Both the position numbers and the translations under genes were made by a program. DNA of 64,000 bases from Hormiphora californensis (lineage: Eukaryota; Animalia; Ctenophora). Positions 1 to 11,136 of the stretch are shown piece by piece. Where the stretch lies: positions 4,898,001 to 4,962,000 of the forward strand of contig CM035357.1 in assembly GCA_020137815.1 (NCBI GenBank), in the 5' to 3' direction. The notes under the pieces are model-generated. The model saw nothing but the letters and a program-made list of their open reading frames with translations. It had not been told where the DNA came from and ran no database searches. Every line of letters starts with the position of its first letter. Position 1 is the first letter of the stretch.

Positions 1-2
1 AT

Positions 3-1100
3 TTTCAACTACTTATTGACAGTGTTGCCATTGTCAACAAGAGTGAGGTTGACCTACCAGCTGGAAACCCTGTGACACTGTCCGATGTTAACTTTTTAAA
101 TGACCCTTTTATAAGACAGTTTAGTGATGCGAATGGAAAAGTTGAAATCTACTTTAAAGCATATGACATCACCAGTGGTACTCCAGGTCAATTGATAGAC
201 GATGTTACTGAGAACATTAGGTTCCATCAGTATGATATGTCTACAACAATAGACTGGAAACAAAAGGTTCGCACGAGGTTTTATAACGGCTATGAGTCTA
301 AATTTACATATTGGGTCGAGATTACAAAATGTGGTGATAACTTCACAGGACCTGGATGTGGCGATTGCAAAGAGGACCACTATACAACTGGATGTGATGT
401 GTACTGCAAACCAGTTACAGATCAGTACAACTGTATCGGAGAGGGTGTCCGGGAGTGTTTGGGTAACTTTGGGCCAGCAGGAGACTGCGAGAAATGTAAC
501 AAGGGGTGGAAAGGCTCAAAGTGTGATACCTGTGATATTGGCTGGGCAGGTGACAAATGTGACACTTGTGATTCAAACTACTACCCTGCCGGAGACTGCT
601 CTGTACTATGCATCCGGCCAACTGTAATGTTCACCTGTAATAACCAAGGGGAGCTGGTCTGTGAACCTCACGTAACAGGGGACAACTGTGACAGTTGTGA
701 AAAAGAGTGGGACGTTAGGACAAACTGTACAAGCTGTGCAGATAACTTCTATCCAGCGGGGGATTGCACTGTTTACTGCCTGTCTGATGATAACTTTGCG
801 TGCACTGCTCAGGGAGTTCGGCTGTGTACAATAGGAAGTACTGCAGAGGAATGTGTTTCCCACAACAACTTGGTCGGGGAAGCTATCCTGGGTGGTATGA
901 TATCTGGTCTCACTGTGGTTCTACTCGCCGGATTGGTTGGGATAATTGTGGTTACTATTAAAAGGAGGAGGGATACTGCCGCTGAACCGATTGTTCATCA
1001 AGGCCCAACAACAACCCAGCAGGAGGAACATGATTATGTGGAGATGAACGATTACAGAAACAAGCCCATAATACCTGAATCGGGGATTTATAATGATTGA
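3..1100 (+). CDS. Delta-like type I membrane protein, copy 1 (5'-truncated by window): C2/MNNL-like domain, 3 DSL-type modules with short Cys-rich EGF-like linkers, TM, Tyr-motif tail
   Basis: The frame is open from base 3 (FQLLIDSVAIVNK...) and matches copy 2. DSL-like motifs: CKEDHYTTGCDVYCKPVTDQYNCIGEGVREC, CDSNYYPAGDCSVLC...FTCNNQGELVC and CADNFYPAGDCTVYC...FACTAQGVRLC. TM segment AILGGMISGLTVVLLAGLVGIIVVTI is followed by KRRR. Confidence 0.8.
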   Translation, partial: FQLLIDSVAIVNKSEVDLPAGNPVTLSDVNFLNDPFIRQFSDANGKVEIYFKAYDITSGTPGQLIDDVTENIRFHQYDMSTTIDWKQKVRTRFYNGYESKFTYWVEITKCGDNFTGPGCGDCKEDHYTTGCDVYCKPVTDQYNCIGEGVRECLGNFGPAGDCEKCNKGWKGSKCDTCDIGWAGDKCDTCDSNYYPAGDCSVLCIRPTVMFTCNNQGELVCEPHVTGDNCDSCEKEWDVRTNCTSCADNFYPAGDCTVYCLSDDNFACTAQGVRLCTIGSTAEECVSHNNLVGEAILGGMISGLTVVLLAGLVGIIVVTIKRRRDTAAEPIVHQGPTTTQQEEHDYVEMNDYRNKPIIPESGIYND

Positions 1101-1174
1101 GGAGATTAGGATATGATCAAAAACCCTTCACCATAATTTGTGATTTGAACTTTGTGACTAAATATAGGTTGGAC

Positions 1175-3315
1175 GGCAGGTGAGTAGAAATTCGCTCCTA
1201 ATAAAAGGCTGCAATAAAAGGCTGCAATAAAAGGCTGCAGAAAAAGGCTGCAGAAAAAGGCTGCAGTAAAAGGCTGCAATAAAAGGCTGCAGAAAAAGGC
1301 TGCAATAAAAGGCTGCAATAAAAGGCTGCATTAAGGGATCACGTATCCAACCAGACTAAAGCGTGTGATAGACCGAATCGTCCTCCCCTAATAGTGTTTC
1401 GTATCACGTATCGGCTGTAAAGAGACCGAATCACCCTCCCCTAATTATAGTGATTTGTGTCACGTATCCAACTAGACCATAGGCGATAGAGAGACCGAGA
1501 TAGAGAGCGAGTACGAGTGAGAACTGAGAGAGTGAAAAATCAGAATCACGGTATGGTATCACGTACCATGGTATCACGTACCATGGTATCCTCTAATGAA
1601 AAGCGGTTACCAATTGACAATGAGACCTCATCGGTCCCGATACGTGATTCTCTACCGCTATCCCACCGCTATGTATTCTCCATTAGTCTTTCCGTATCGA
1701 TCCACGATTCAGTAGAGGTAGTCAGTAACTACTGAGAGTGTTGGTCTAATGAGGTAGAAAACGGCCGAAATCTCGAGTTCGCTTTTCGTGATTTTAGCAC
1801 TAGAGTCCGCTTACCGATCTATTGATTGAGCGTGTAGCACAATGAGTGCTGGGGGGGCCGGCTGAAGTTTTTGAAGTTTTTGAAGTCGACTTCAAAAACT
1901 TCAAACAGAAACTTAGGGTGGAAAACTTCAAAAACTTCAAAAACTTCAAAAACTCATATCTCCTAAACCGTTGGAGATAGGTCCTATGTTGCTTCATAAC
2001 TCTTATATAAACTTGCATATTCCGAACAAGATACACCCCTTTAAAAATCCTATAGACACTCAGAAACCATTAAAACTGGTCTAGCCCAAAAATAAGTCAT
2101 GCGCACACACAAAATTATGAAAATATCCCATTATCCCTCGAATTAGATGAGGTGGAGACTTCATTTTGGCACGTACCCCCACTAACTCGAGGCCGCTGAT
2201 GATTTTAGTGTCCATAGTTTTTTCACTACTCCCTACATAAAAAATTTGCATTTTGTGAAACTGGCAAAAAGGGTGTGGCCCCAAAAAAAATTTTGAAAAT
2301 TTACATCATAATTTTTAAACACTTTCTTAGCATTTTCTAGGCAATTTTTTGAGTTATAGAATGAAAATTAAATTTGTTTTTACAAAAAAATTAAATTTTT
2401 TACACCAAATTGTGCCTTGGATTTCATGGCTAGGAATCATTGTAAATATCCTAATTTGTGGTAGAAAAAGGGCAGACAAGGCCGGATAACTTTGCCACAA
2501 TATGTATTAAGCATGAAACTAACCTAAACAAGTGTAATAAAAGTCACTGATAGCATATAAAAGTAGTTTAGAGTTTTTGAAGTTTTTGAAGTTTTTGAAG
2601 TCAACTTCAAAAACTTCAAAAACTCAAAAAGTAGGGTGGAAAACTTCAAACTTCAAAAACTTCAGCCGGCCCCCCCCCCTGAGTGCTACACGCACTCACA
2701 ATATGACAGGTGAACCACCCAACCACTTGGTTCACCTATCATAGTTTCTACCTCATTAGACCAACACTCTCAGTAGTTACTGACTACCTCTACTGAATCG
2801 TGGATCGATACGGAAAGACTAATGGAGAATACATAGCGGTGGGATAGCGGTAGAGAATCACGTATCGGGACCGATGAGGTCTCATTGTCAATTGGTAACC
2901 GCTTTTCATTAGAGGATACCATGGTACGTGATACCATACCGTGATTCTGATTTTTCACTCTCTCAGTTCTCACTCGTACTCGCTCTCTATCTCGGTCTCT
3001 CTATCGCCTATGGTCTAGTTGGATACGTGACACGAATCACTATAATTAGGGGAGGGTGATTCGGTCTCTTTACAGCCGATACGTGATACGAAACACTATT
3101 AGGGGAGGACGATTCGGTCTATCCCACGCTTTAATAGTCTGGTTGGATACGTGATCCCTTGCAGCCTTTTATTGCAGCCTTTTATTGCAGCCTTTTTCTG
3201 CAGCCTTTTATTGCAGCCTTTTACTGCAGCCTTTTACTGCAGCCTTTTTCTGCAGCCTTTTTCTGCAGCCTTTTATTGCAGCCTTTTATTAGGAGCGAAG
3301 TTCTACTCACCTGCC
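1175..3315. mobile_element. Foldback-type non-autonomous DNA transposon with ~580-bp TIRs and 8-bp TSD
   Basis: Arms 1175-1760 and 2745-3315 are reverse complements (GGCAGGTGAGTAGAA...TTCTACTCACCTGCC) and contain 13-bp ATAAAAGGCTGCA-type tandem repeats. GGTTGGAC is duplicated at 1167-1174 and 3316-3323. The paralogous 3' flank at ~6575-6610 shows the empty site with a single GGTTGGAC. Confidence 0.93.
1851..2679. mobile_element. MITE nested inside the foldback element, 8-bp TSD
   Basis: Termini GGGGGGGCCGGCTGAAGTTTTTGAAG / CTTCAAAAACTTCAGCCGGCCCCCCC, subterminal TGAAGTTTT repeats, and TGAGTGCT duplicated at 1843-1850 and 2680-2687. Confidence 0.88.
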
Positions 3316-3741
3316 GGTTGGACTATAACGTGAACCAATTTAAGTTACCACATAGTAGTCGAATATGTACCAATAAAGACTACACAAAAAACTTTGGCTA
3401 AGTGTCAGCAGAATAAAAACAGCTTTGAGCGCATATCCATTTTTTTATATTTTATTTACCGGAAGGATAAACTTTCCCAGATATACCGGCTACCCCGATT
3501 CTCCAATACCCCAAAACCCGCCCGTGGAATCCGCCCTAATATAATATAAGTCAAAAGTAAGTCAAAATTGTTATTTTCTCATCATTTCATAATAATTGTC
3601 ATGATGCCTATAATAATAATAATAAAGATTTTGGGCACACGGCCAACTCGACATGTACTATGTAAATAATGTCTAAACTCACTTCCATGTCCCACTAGAG
3701 TAATTTCAAAATGTTAATTGTTTATATCGTAGGTGTCTGCA

Positions 3742-4730
3742 TTAGGCAGGACACCCTTTGCAATCAACAATTTTCCATCGGTACTTTGGTAGCATTTCTA
3801 TCCTGTACCGTAGAGTCTTCACAAGTTCTCGCATCTTTAGCCGTTGATGGTATGTCATATCCTTGGCAATGTAGATTCCAGACACAGGGTAGTTCTTCAG
3901 TTTGTACGCATTAGCAAGGGCTTTTGATGCTTGTTTTACTGTGTTCATTTTTTCCCCGCCCGGGTGAAGGCCGAAGGCCTTCACCCGGATGCCTTTTGCA
4001 AAAAGGCATAGGGGGTCTAGAAATCTAAACGGATATAGTGACTATGTGTAGCAAGTCAGCTCTCTTGTCCCGTTTCAGGTTGCGAGGGGCAACATGTAGC
4101 AACTTGAGCCGCGCACACAACAACAACCTGCTCCTTCATAAACCACTTCATTGGCACGTTTTCAGGAAATGTGTGGCGCGCAATTGCGCAATGTGGTGCG
4201 CAATTTAGTGCAACTAAAACACAAGGATTTGTTCTATACTGTTTGCTTGATTTATAAATCATCCGAAATGTCTGTCAGCCTTCATGTTAGGGTTGAAAGG
4301 TTGGCGGGGAAACATAGCATTATGAAACATAATGAATTTATTCTTGTTACTCTAAGTACAATTTTCTCGTTGCAGTCCTCACCTCTGTCCCTGACCATTT
4401 CCGTATTCAGTATACTAAATTGTTCACACCCAAGGTATGCAAAAGCTTTTTCAATCTCCTCATCCTGAATAGAGCAATCCATATCTGCAGGTAAAAACAC
4501 GATAACATTCTGCCGCTTGTCAGTGGGTCCCGTGATTTCTTCTTTATAGGAAGCAATTTCACTAGACACAGGGTAGTTCTTCAGTTTGTACGCATTAGCA
4601 AGGGCTTTTGATGCTTGTTTTACTGTGTTCATTTGTACTCTAAGTACAATTTTCTCGTTGCAGTCCTCACCTCTGTCCCTGACCATTTCCGTATTCAGTA
4701 TACTAAATTGTTCACACTCAAGGTATGCCT
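3742..4730 (-). pseudogene. Rearranged fragments of a probable non-LTR retrotransposon ORF1 (CR1/L2-like)
   Basis: Broken ORFs include ANAYKLKNYPVSGIYIAKDMTYHQRLKMRELV, which resembles the I-x-I-x-x-D-L/M-T-x3-R C-terminus of invertebrate LINE ORF1 proteins. Internal duplications: ~3880-3948 vs ~4564-4634, and ~4347-4440 vs ~4636-4728. Confidence 0.4.
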
Positions 4731-5080
4731 GTTCATTTTTCTTTTGAGTTTTGACTTTTGGGTAACTAAGACTGAGTTAAGAGAGGTAATGATATATGCC
4801 GCGTTGCGATTGGACAACGGATAGTACTGGCATTTGATCTTGGTATCGAAGACACCTCACACTCTGTCTGGCAACTTCGTAACCAACATTTGATCAGGCA
4901 GAAAGACGGATAGGTAGGGTTCAGAAATAAGAATATGAGCTTCTTTTGGATCTCGCCTCTCCCCGTGCCTTCCCCTGTTTGTATGTGTTGTCATGGTGAA
5001 CGTTACGAATCCATGCCCCAATCTTACTGCTTGACCTTACACTTTTTCATCTGCTGTAGCGGTGTAAAATACTCTGCACC

Positions 5081-6514
5081 ATGTTATCTGTCCACCATCT
5101 CTTCACATGGATACTGGCCGTGTTCCTTATTCCGGTAAGATATAATATCAATTGTTTATCAGGATACAAAGAATAACGTTGTTTTGGGTAGACTCAATTC
5201 ATCAAATAAAATCGTGAAAACCGCATAAACATCAGCAAATTAGTTCATCAAATAGAACTCGTCACCGAGCATTGTGTTTTGTTTCATTTAAAATGTTATC
5301 ATTTCTAGGTTGTTCTATCTGGAGGAACAGTAAAGGTTGAATACAGGAGTTTCAAATACGATGGATGTTCAGCCCACACTTCTACATGTCAGATGAAGCT
5401 AACAGATTTTCAACTACTTATTGACAGTGTTGCCATTGTCAACAAGAGTGAGGTTGACCTACCAGCTGGAAACCCCGTGGTATTACTGAACAATGCGAAT
5501 GTCCCTTTTTTAAATGACCCTTTTATAACACAGTTTAGTGATGCGAATGGAAAAGTTGGAATCTACTTCAAAGCATATGACATCACAGATGGAAGTCCAG
5601 GTCGATTAATAGACGATGTGACTGAGTATATTGGGTTCCATCAGTATGATATGTCTACAGAAGTGGAATGGGAACAAAAGGTCCGCACGAGGCATTTTTA
5701 TAACGGCTATGAGTCTGAATTTACATTTTGGGTCGAGATTACAAAATGTGGTGATAACTTCACAGGACCTGGATGTGGTGATTGCAAAGACCACTACTAT
5801 ACGGCTGAGTGTAATGTGTACTGCAAACCAGTTACAGATCAGTACAACTGTATCGGAGAGGGTGTCAGGGAGTGTTTGGGTAACTTTGGGCCAGCAGGAG
5901 ACTGCGAGAAATGTAACAAGGGGTGGAAAGGCTCAAAGTGTGATACCTGTGATATTGGCTGGGCAGGTGACAAATGCGACACTTGTGATACAAACTACTA
6001 CCCTGAAGGAGACTGCTCTGTGATCTGCATCCGGCCAACTGTAATGTTCACCTGTAACGGACAAGGGGAGCTGGTCTGTGAACCTCATGTAACAGGGGAC
6101 AACTGTGACAGTTGTGAAAAAGAGTGGGACGTTGGGACAAACTGTACAAGTTGTGCAGATAACTTCTATCCAGCCGGGGATTGCACTGTTCACTGCCTGT
6201 CTGATGATAACTTTGCGTGCACTGCTCAGGGAGTTCGGCTGTGTACAATAGGAAGTACTGCAGAGGAATGTGTTTCCCACAACAACTTGGTCGAGGAAGC
6301 TATCCTGGGTGGTATGATAACTGTGCTCACTGTGGTTCTACTCGCCGGATTGGTTGGGATAATCGTGGTGACTATTAAAAGGAGGAGGGATACTGCCGCT
6401 GAACCGATTGTTCATCAAGGCCCAACAACAACCCTGCAGGAACCTGGCTATGTGGAGATGAACAACTTCAGAAGCAAGCCCATAATACCTGAATCGGGGA
6501 CCCATAATGATTGA
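5081..6514 (+). CDS. Delta-like type I membrane protein, copy 2 (2 exons: 5081-5134, 5309-6514)
   Basis: Signal-peptide exon MLSVHHLFTWILAVFLIP ends in a gtaaga donor. It splices in phase 0 to the tttctag acceptor, giving VVLSGGTVKVEYRSF..., similar to the SG-x-F-E-L start of the Delta MNNL/C2 domain. Three DSL-type modules, a TM segment and a YVEM tail follow. Close paralog of 3-1100. Confidence 0.85.
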
Positions 6515-6644
6515 GGAGATTAGGATATGATGAAAAACCCTTCACCATAATTTGTGATTTGAACTTTGTGACTAAATATAGGTTGGACAATAACGTGAAC
6601 CAATTTAAGTTGCCTTATGGTAGTTACCAGAGAGGTAAACCATA

Positions 6645-6906
6645 TTTGCCCCAGTTTAGCAATTTAATCAACTTAATAGTGAGTTTTTTGAAAAATTTTA
6701 GAAGGATAAAAAACCTAACTGACAGTTTTTGCAAAATTAAAATCGGTCTCTTCAAACAGAAATTACAGCAGTTTAAAAAAATTCGGAACAGAACGAGCAG
6801 GTCTCCGCTGGAGAAAAAAAGTCACGTGACACACGTTATTCTATGAACCGAATTGCCCCATACATGTGCCACTTTGCCCCATGGACCAAAGTGCCCCAGT
6901 TTACCT
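6645..6906. mobile_element. One-ended fragment related to the MITE at 27961-28692
   Basis: Shares ...GCAAAATTAAAATCGG...TTCGGAACAGAACGAGCAGGTCTCCGC...CCCCAGTTTACC with 28400-28692. Confidence 0.7.
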
Positions 6907-6909
6907 TAC

Positions 6910-7692
6910 CTTGATTTCAGGATTTGCTTCTAGATAAACCCTCAAATGTGCTTCATCCTTTGCCAGACAGTTGTCTATTGATAAATTGTTACATGAATCA
7001 TCGTCAAAACAGGGCAACTCCTTCAGACGCTTTTCCAATCTGTGTCAGAGAGAAATAGAGTGAGATTAGAGTTAGCGAGAAAAAGAGATGGCCTGATGGT
7101 AAAATTGGGTGAGGAGAATGAGGGTAAACACCTCTAAAGACCTCAATAATTGTTGTTTCTACAAACTGGTATTGCCAATACTATTGGTACTTTGGAGAAG
7201 GCGGTAAACGGTAAACAGTAAAAGAACTCGTGTGACCATTTTACTAGTAAATTAGAGAAATTAACACTATACTCTGAGTAATACAAGGCATGCAAGAAAA
7301 ATAACAATTCGAGAGATAGAAGAAATTGGAATGAGAGACAAAAGAATGGGACAGGAACACTTAAAAATTTCACTTACAGTTTTTCAAAACGCTTTTTATT
7401 TGTCCGCTGACACGAGTCCTTGAATTTTCGATACTGGAAGTCAACATTAACACTTTCGAAACCCTCTGAAATGATATTTTGTTTTGTTGTTACTGGGTAC
7501 TGGGCTAGATTCCTGGTTCCCCCGACCTATAGAATTCCCATGGTCTGACATATTATATAGTTGCATTAAAGTTCAATGCAGTTAGAAAATATTCGGTTCA
7601 ATTCGACCCGTAACTTTTCTAACTACTTATTCGCTAGAATTACCTGCTAGCGACAGAGAAACGAGTGAGAGGGAGAGGAGAAGAAATATCAT
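6910..7692 (-). CDS. Secreted protein of unknown function, first three exons (7692-7644, 7465-7378, 7039-6910); downstream exons not located
   Basis: Signal peptide MIFLLLSLSLVSLSLA. Canonical GT-AG sites with consistent phases (1, 2, 0) give EGFESVNVDFQYRKFKDSCQRTNKKRFEKLLEKRLKELPCFDDDSCNNLSIDNCLAKDEAHLRVYLEANPEIK, ending in a gtaagg donor. Confidence 0.6.
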
Positions 7693-9214
7693 TCCCCACA
7701 AGAGATATCAGGAATGTAGTCAACTTAAAACTAAACTGCTAGTTTTCCCGTATATTGCAATAAATCATCTTCATAGTAGACGGTGTAATATTCGGGTTTA
7801 TAGGGATCGAGGGAAGGAAGAGTGAAGACGTATAGGATGATATATGTTCGAGAAACAAAGAAAACCTCTAAGTATGAAGTCCTAAATTTTAACGGGAAAC
7901 AAAGTGTTTCAAGCTTGACGAACATGACGACTATTATATAGCTACTGCACATTCCGACAACAACTAATCATAATTAGTGCAATTATGAATTATTGCTTAG
8001 TTATTGGCTAACGCTCAACAAAAAACTGAAAGAAGTGCTGAATCAGGACTTGCATTACATGGAAGGCACGCTTGGCTGCAATAATTAGACAATAGTCAAT
8101 AGGCATGCAGTGTTTATCAGTTATTCGAATATACAAAACTATGTCAACTAGGATGTCTTGACTCTTGACAGGATCACTATCAGTGCCAACCAGCCCCAGG
8201 TATAAAAAAACATGATTGTCAAGTCAGACATGTCGCGCTATTCGGGGTGGAAGCTCCCAAACAGGACACAGGCAACATTGCGTGGCCGGGGTGCTTCTTT
8301 CAGTTTTTTCAAGTATTAATAAAATGATCTAGAAACACACAAACTTTGTGACAAAGCTCGGGCAAAGCTCGCTACATCTCTCCAGTCTCCATCCCAAGCT
8401 ATAAGTTATAACATAGACCAGTCGTGACCCTAACTAATCGTCGGCGCTTGTTGAAAGGCGAAGAATTGTAAACTATGTACTACAACTTAACAAGTCGAGG
8501 ATATAGTTCACGGTCTATTTCATATCTAGCGACATTTCATTCTGGAATAATGCACCGAGCTCTCTGTAACTGGTCCCTGACTCTCAAGATTCGAGAAATT
8601 AATAGACAGAAACATGTTTCAGTTATAAAGTACCTAGCAGTTAGTCGCAGCACTCGCAGAAAATTATGTCGCGGTAGACGTGACCTTGTTAGTAGCAAAG
8701 TAGACCAGGACTTCAACGACTTTAACAACATAGAAAGTGTTTTATAAAGGAGCATTATACCGTTTTATGAAGGAGCATATTGTTTTATGAAGGAGCACCA
8801 AAGCAATAACTTCACCAATTACACTAAGAATACCAACACACTTTGGCAACTAAAGCCTATAATTTACTGGAACTGTCACCGGAAACAAACAGGACGAAAC
8901 GGTGAAATTACCCCAAATTACAACACACTCTCAACATCAATACTACAGTAACACAGAAAGAATACCGAAAATAGTTTTCAGACAATTCCGTATCCCATGT
9001 AAGTCGTGTGTTAACTGGTGCTGCAGTAGAACAGGTAATTTGAAGAGATACAGAAATACAATTGACAATGACACACACACATGAACGTGTCCAGTAGGCA
9101 GTAGTTCCCCCCCCCCCCCCAGTGGTTCATTCCTAACAGTATCTCCAGTATCTCTAATTCCAGATACTCTAGATTAAACTCTAGATACTAGGGATTGAAT
9201 CATCCCGTAATTAA

Positions 9215-9664
9215 AGGTTGACAAGATACCTAAAACTTTTCGTATATCGTCTTATTTTGATTTATCATTAATTTTCAGCATTTTTTCAGAATTTTTTGTC
9301 GGCTAGAAAAAAATTCGAAATAGGGGGTCTACCGATATTGTCAGCACTGGTTTTACTGGGCACACTCACTGCGTCTCGCAAATTGAAATTCACGTTTCCG
9401 GTTCCTCAAAAGATAAAGACTTGATCTTGGTTGCGTTGGATTGGTCTCAATAAGACCTTTCCAACGCTACCAAAACGGTTTCTGTATCTCATCAGGAACC
9501 GGAGATATTACGTTATCAATTTAAAAAAAGGCACACTCATTTGTCAGTAGACCCCCTATTTTGCACATATTTCTAGCCGACAAAAAATTCTGAAAAAATG
9601 CTGAAAATTAATGATAAATCAAAATAAGACGATATAAGAAAAGTTTTAGGTATCTTGTCAACCT
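9215..9664. mobile_element. MITE with ~95-bp TIRs and TTAA TSD (Kolobok-like AG...CT termini)
   Basis: TTAA|AGGTTGACAAGATACCTAAAACTTTTC ... GAAAAGTTTTAGGTATCTTGTCAACCT|TTAA. Confidence 0.88.
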
Positions 9665-11092
9665 TTAAAGAACTATGAACGAATGGAAGGAGTGGACGAA
9701 TACTCCCAGAATTTTTACTGACAAGGTCATAGTCGACACATATAGCTGGGCATTTTATGGAACACAAAAACATAAATAGATTGGGTTAGAACAAGCCGCT
9801 GATGTGTGCTAATGTCACTCACTCACAAAACTTCTGCAGCCATGGGCGAAACAAGGAATCAGGGAGAGATAGAGAACAGTGCCCGGAGGAGAGATGGATA
9901 ACTGTGTCAGAGAGAGAGGCTAATCAGGGAGAGAGAGAACTGTGTCAGAAGCTGAGAGAGGGGATATTATAACGCTAGATAGTTATAACCGCAGTGTTAC
10001 TGACAAACGTTGCATCACAGAATAGTATCACGCGTCAACACAGTGAAACACGCATGTTTCCGATACAGAATATAGGACATTATTATAGTGGACAGGTCGG
10101 TAGGAATGATATTGACTGGCGACTGCAGTTGGGAGTAAGGGACGGTCTTACAAAAAAGCACTCGGTATGTTTAATAAATTACATCAAAAGACGTGTGACG
10201 AAATTGAGAAAACCAGGAGAAGAAAAGATGGCCTAAAATGACGTCAGTCCTGATTCTGGTAAAGACTGTGACGAGTTGACGTTAGGTCTGATATCACTTG
10301 CAAACCACATAAACTGGGTAAAGCCATGGGAATGTTCACCCCCGCCCCTGCAGTTACACCCTAATTAAAAACGTCAATGTGACACGCTCGCCAGCTTCCA
10401 GAAAAAAAACACGAATATTGTATTGGTTTTGTTCCTAACGATGTTGCAGTTTAGTCTGTCAGGAAGGAATTGAGTATACCCTCACAGACATCCAAACTGA
10501 ACTGTTTTACAAAGTGGTCCACAACCATGCTTTGGACACCCTTTTTGAGTAAGGGTTACTCAAGAGGGACACCCTGTACTATCACTGATAGTGGAGGATG
10601 TCCCTCTGAGTCTATCAGTATCACTAACCACGTGGTGGTACTCACGATCATGTTCGCCTGCTGAGAAGAGTCCCTGGCTATCAGTAAAGTATATTAAGCA
10701 GAGTAGTAGGAGCAGTCTCAATGATTCCATGTTGATAAATCACCAGTTAACTCTCGACTTTTCATACCTGGACAAAGGGTTATACTGGTTATTGTTGTTT
10801 TTTTTCAGAGTTCAGACCCTTGTTATTTTTGAAACAGGGACAAACAAGACTTAAAGGGCAATTGAACGCACTAGACTAAAACACTAGAGCAATAAATTTG
10901 GGTATTTTAGCGACACTACACTCGGGTATCCTGCGTCAGTTAATCGTGTCGGGGAATGTAACGAGTTAGCAAGTTTTCTGCTAGCAGACAGCAACTACCT
11001 ATTCTGTGCAGCACGTTACAGAAACAAAGGCACCAAACACTAAACAGTAGCTAATTCATTAACCATGTGTATTACAGACAGAGATATACTTG

Positions 11093-11136
<44 letters not shown>

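Noticed and set aside
1198-1331. 13-bp repeat array (and mirror at 3160-3290) as a CRISPR-like array or as coding ORFs (QPFIAAFFCSLL...)
   Set aside because: The repeats are contiguous with no unique spacers and lie within the TIRs of a TSD-flanked transposon in eukaryotic DNA.
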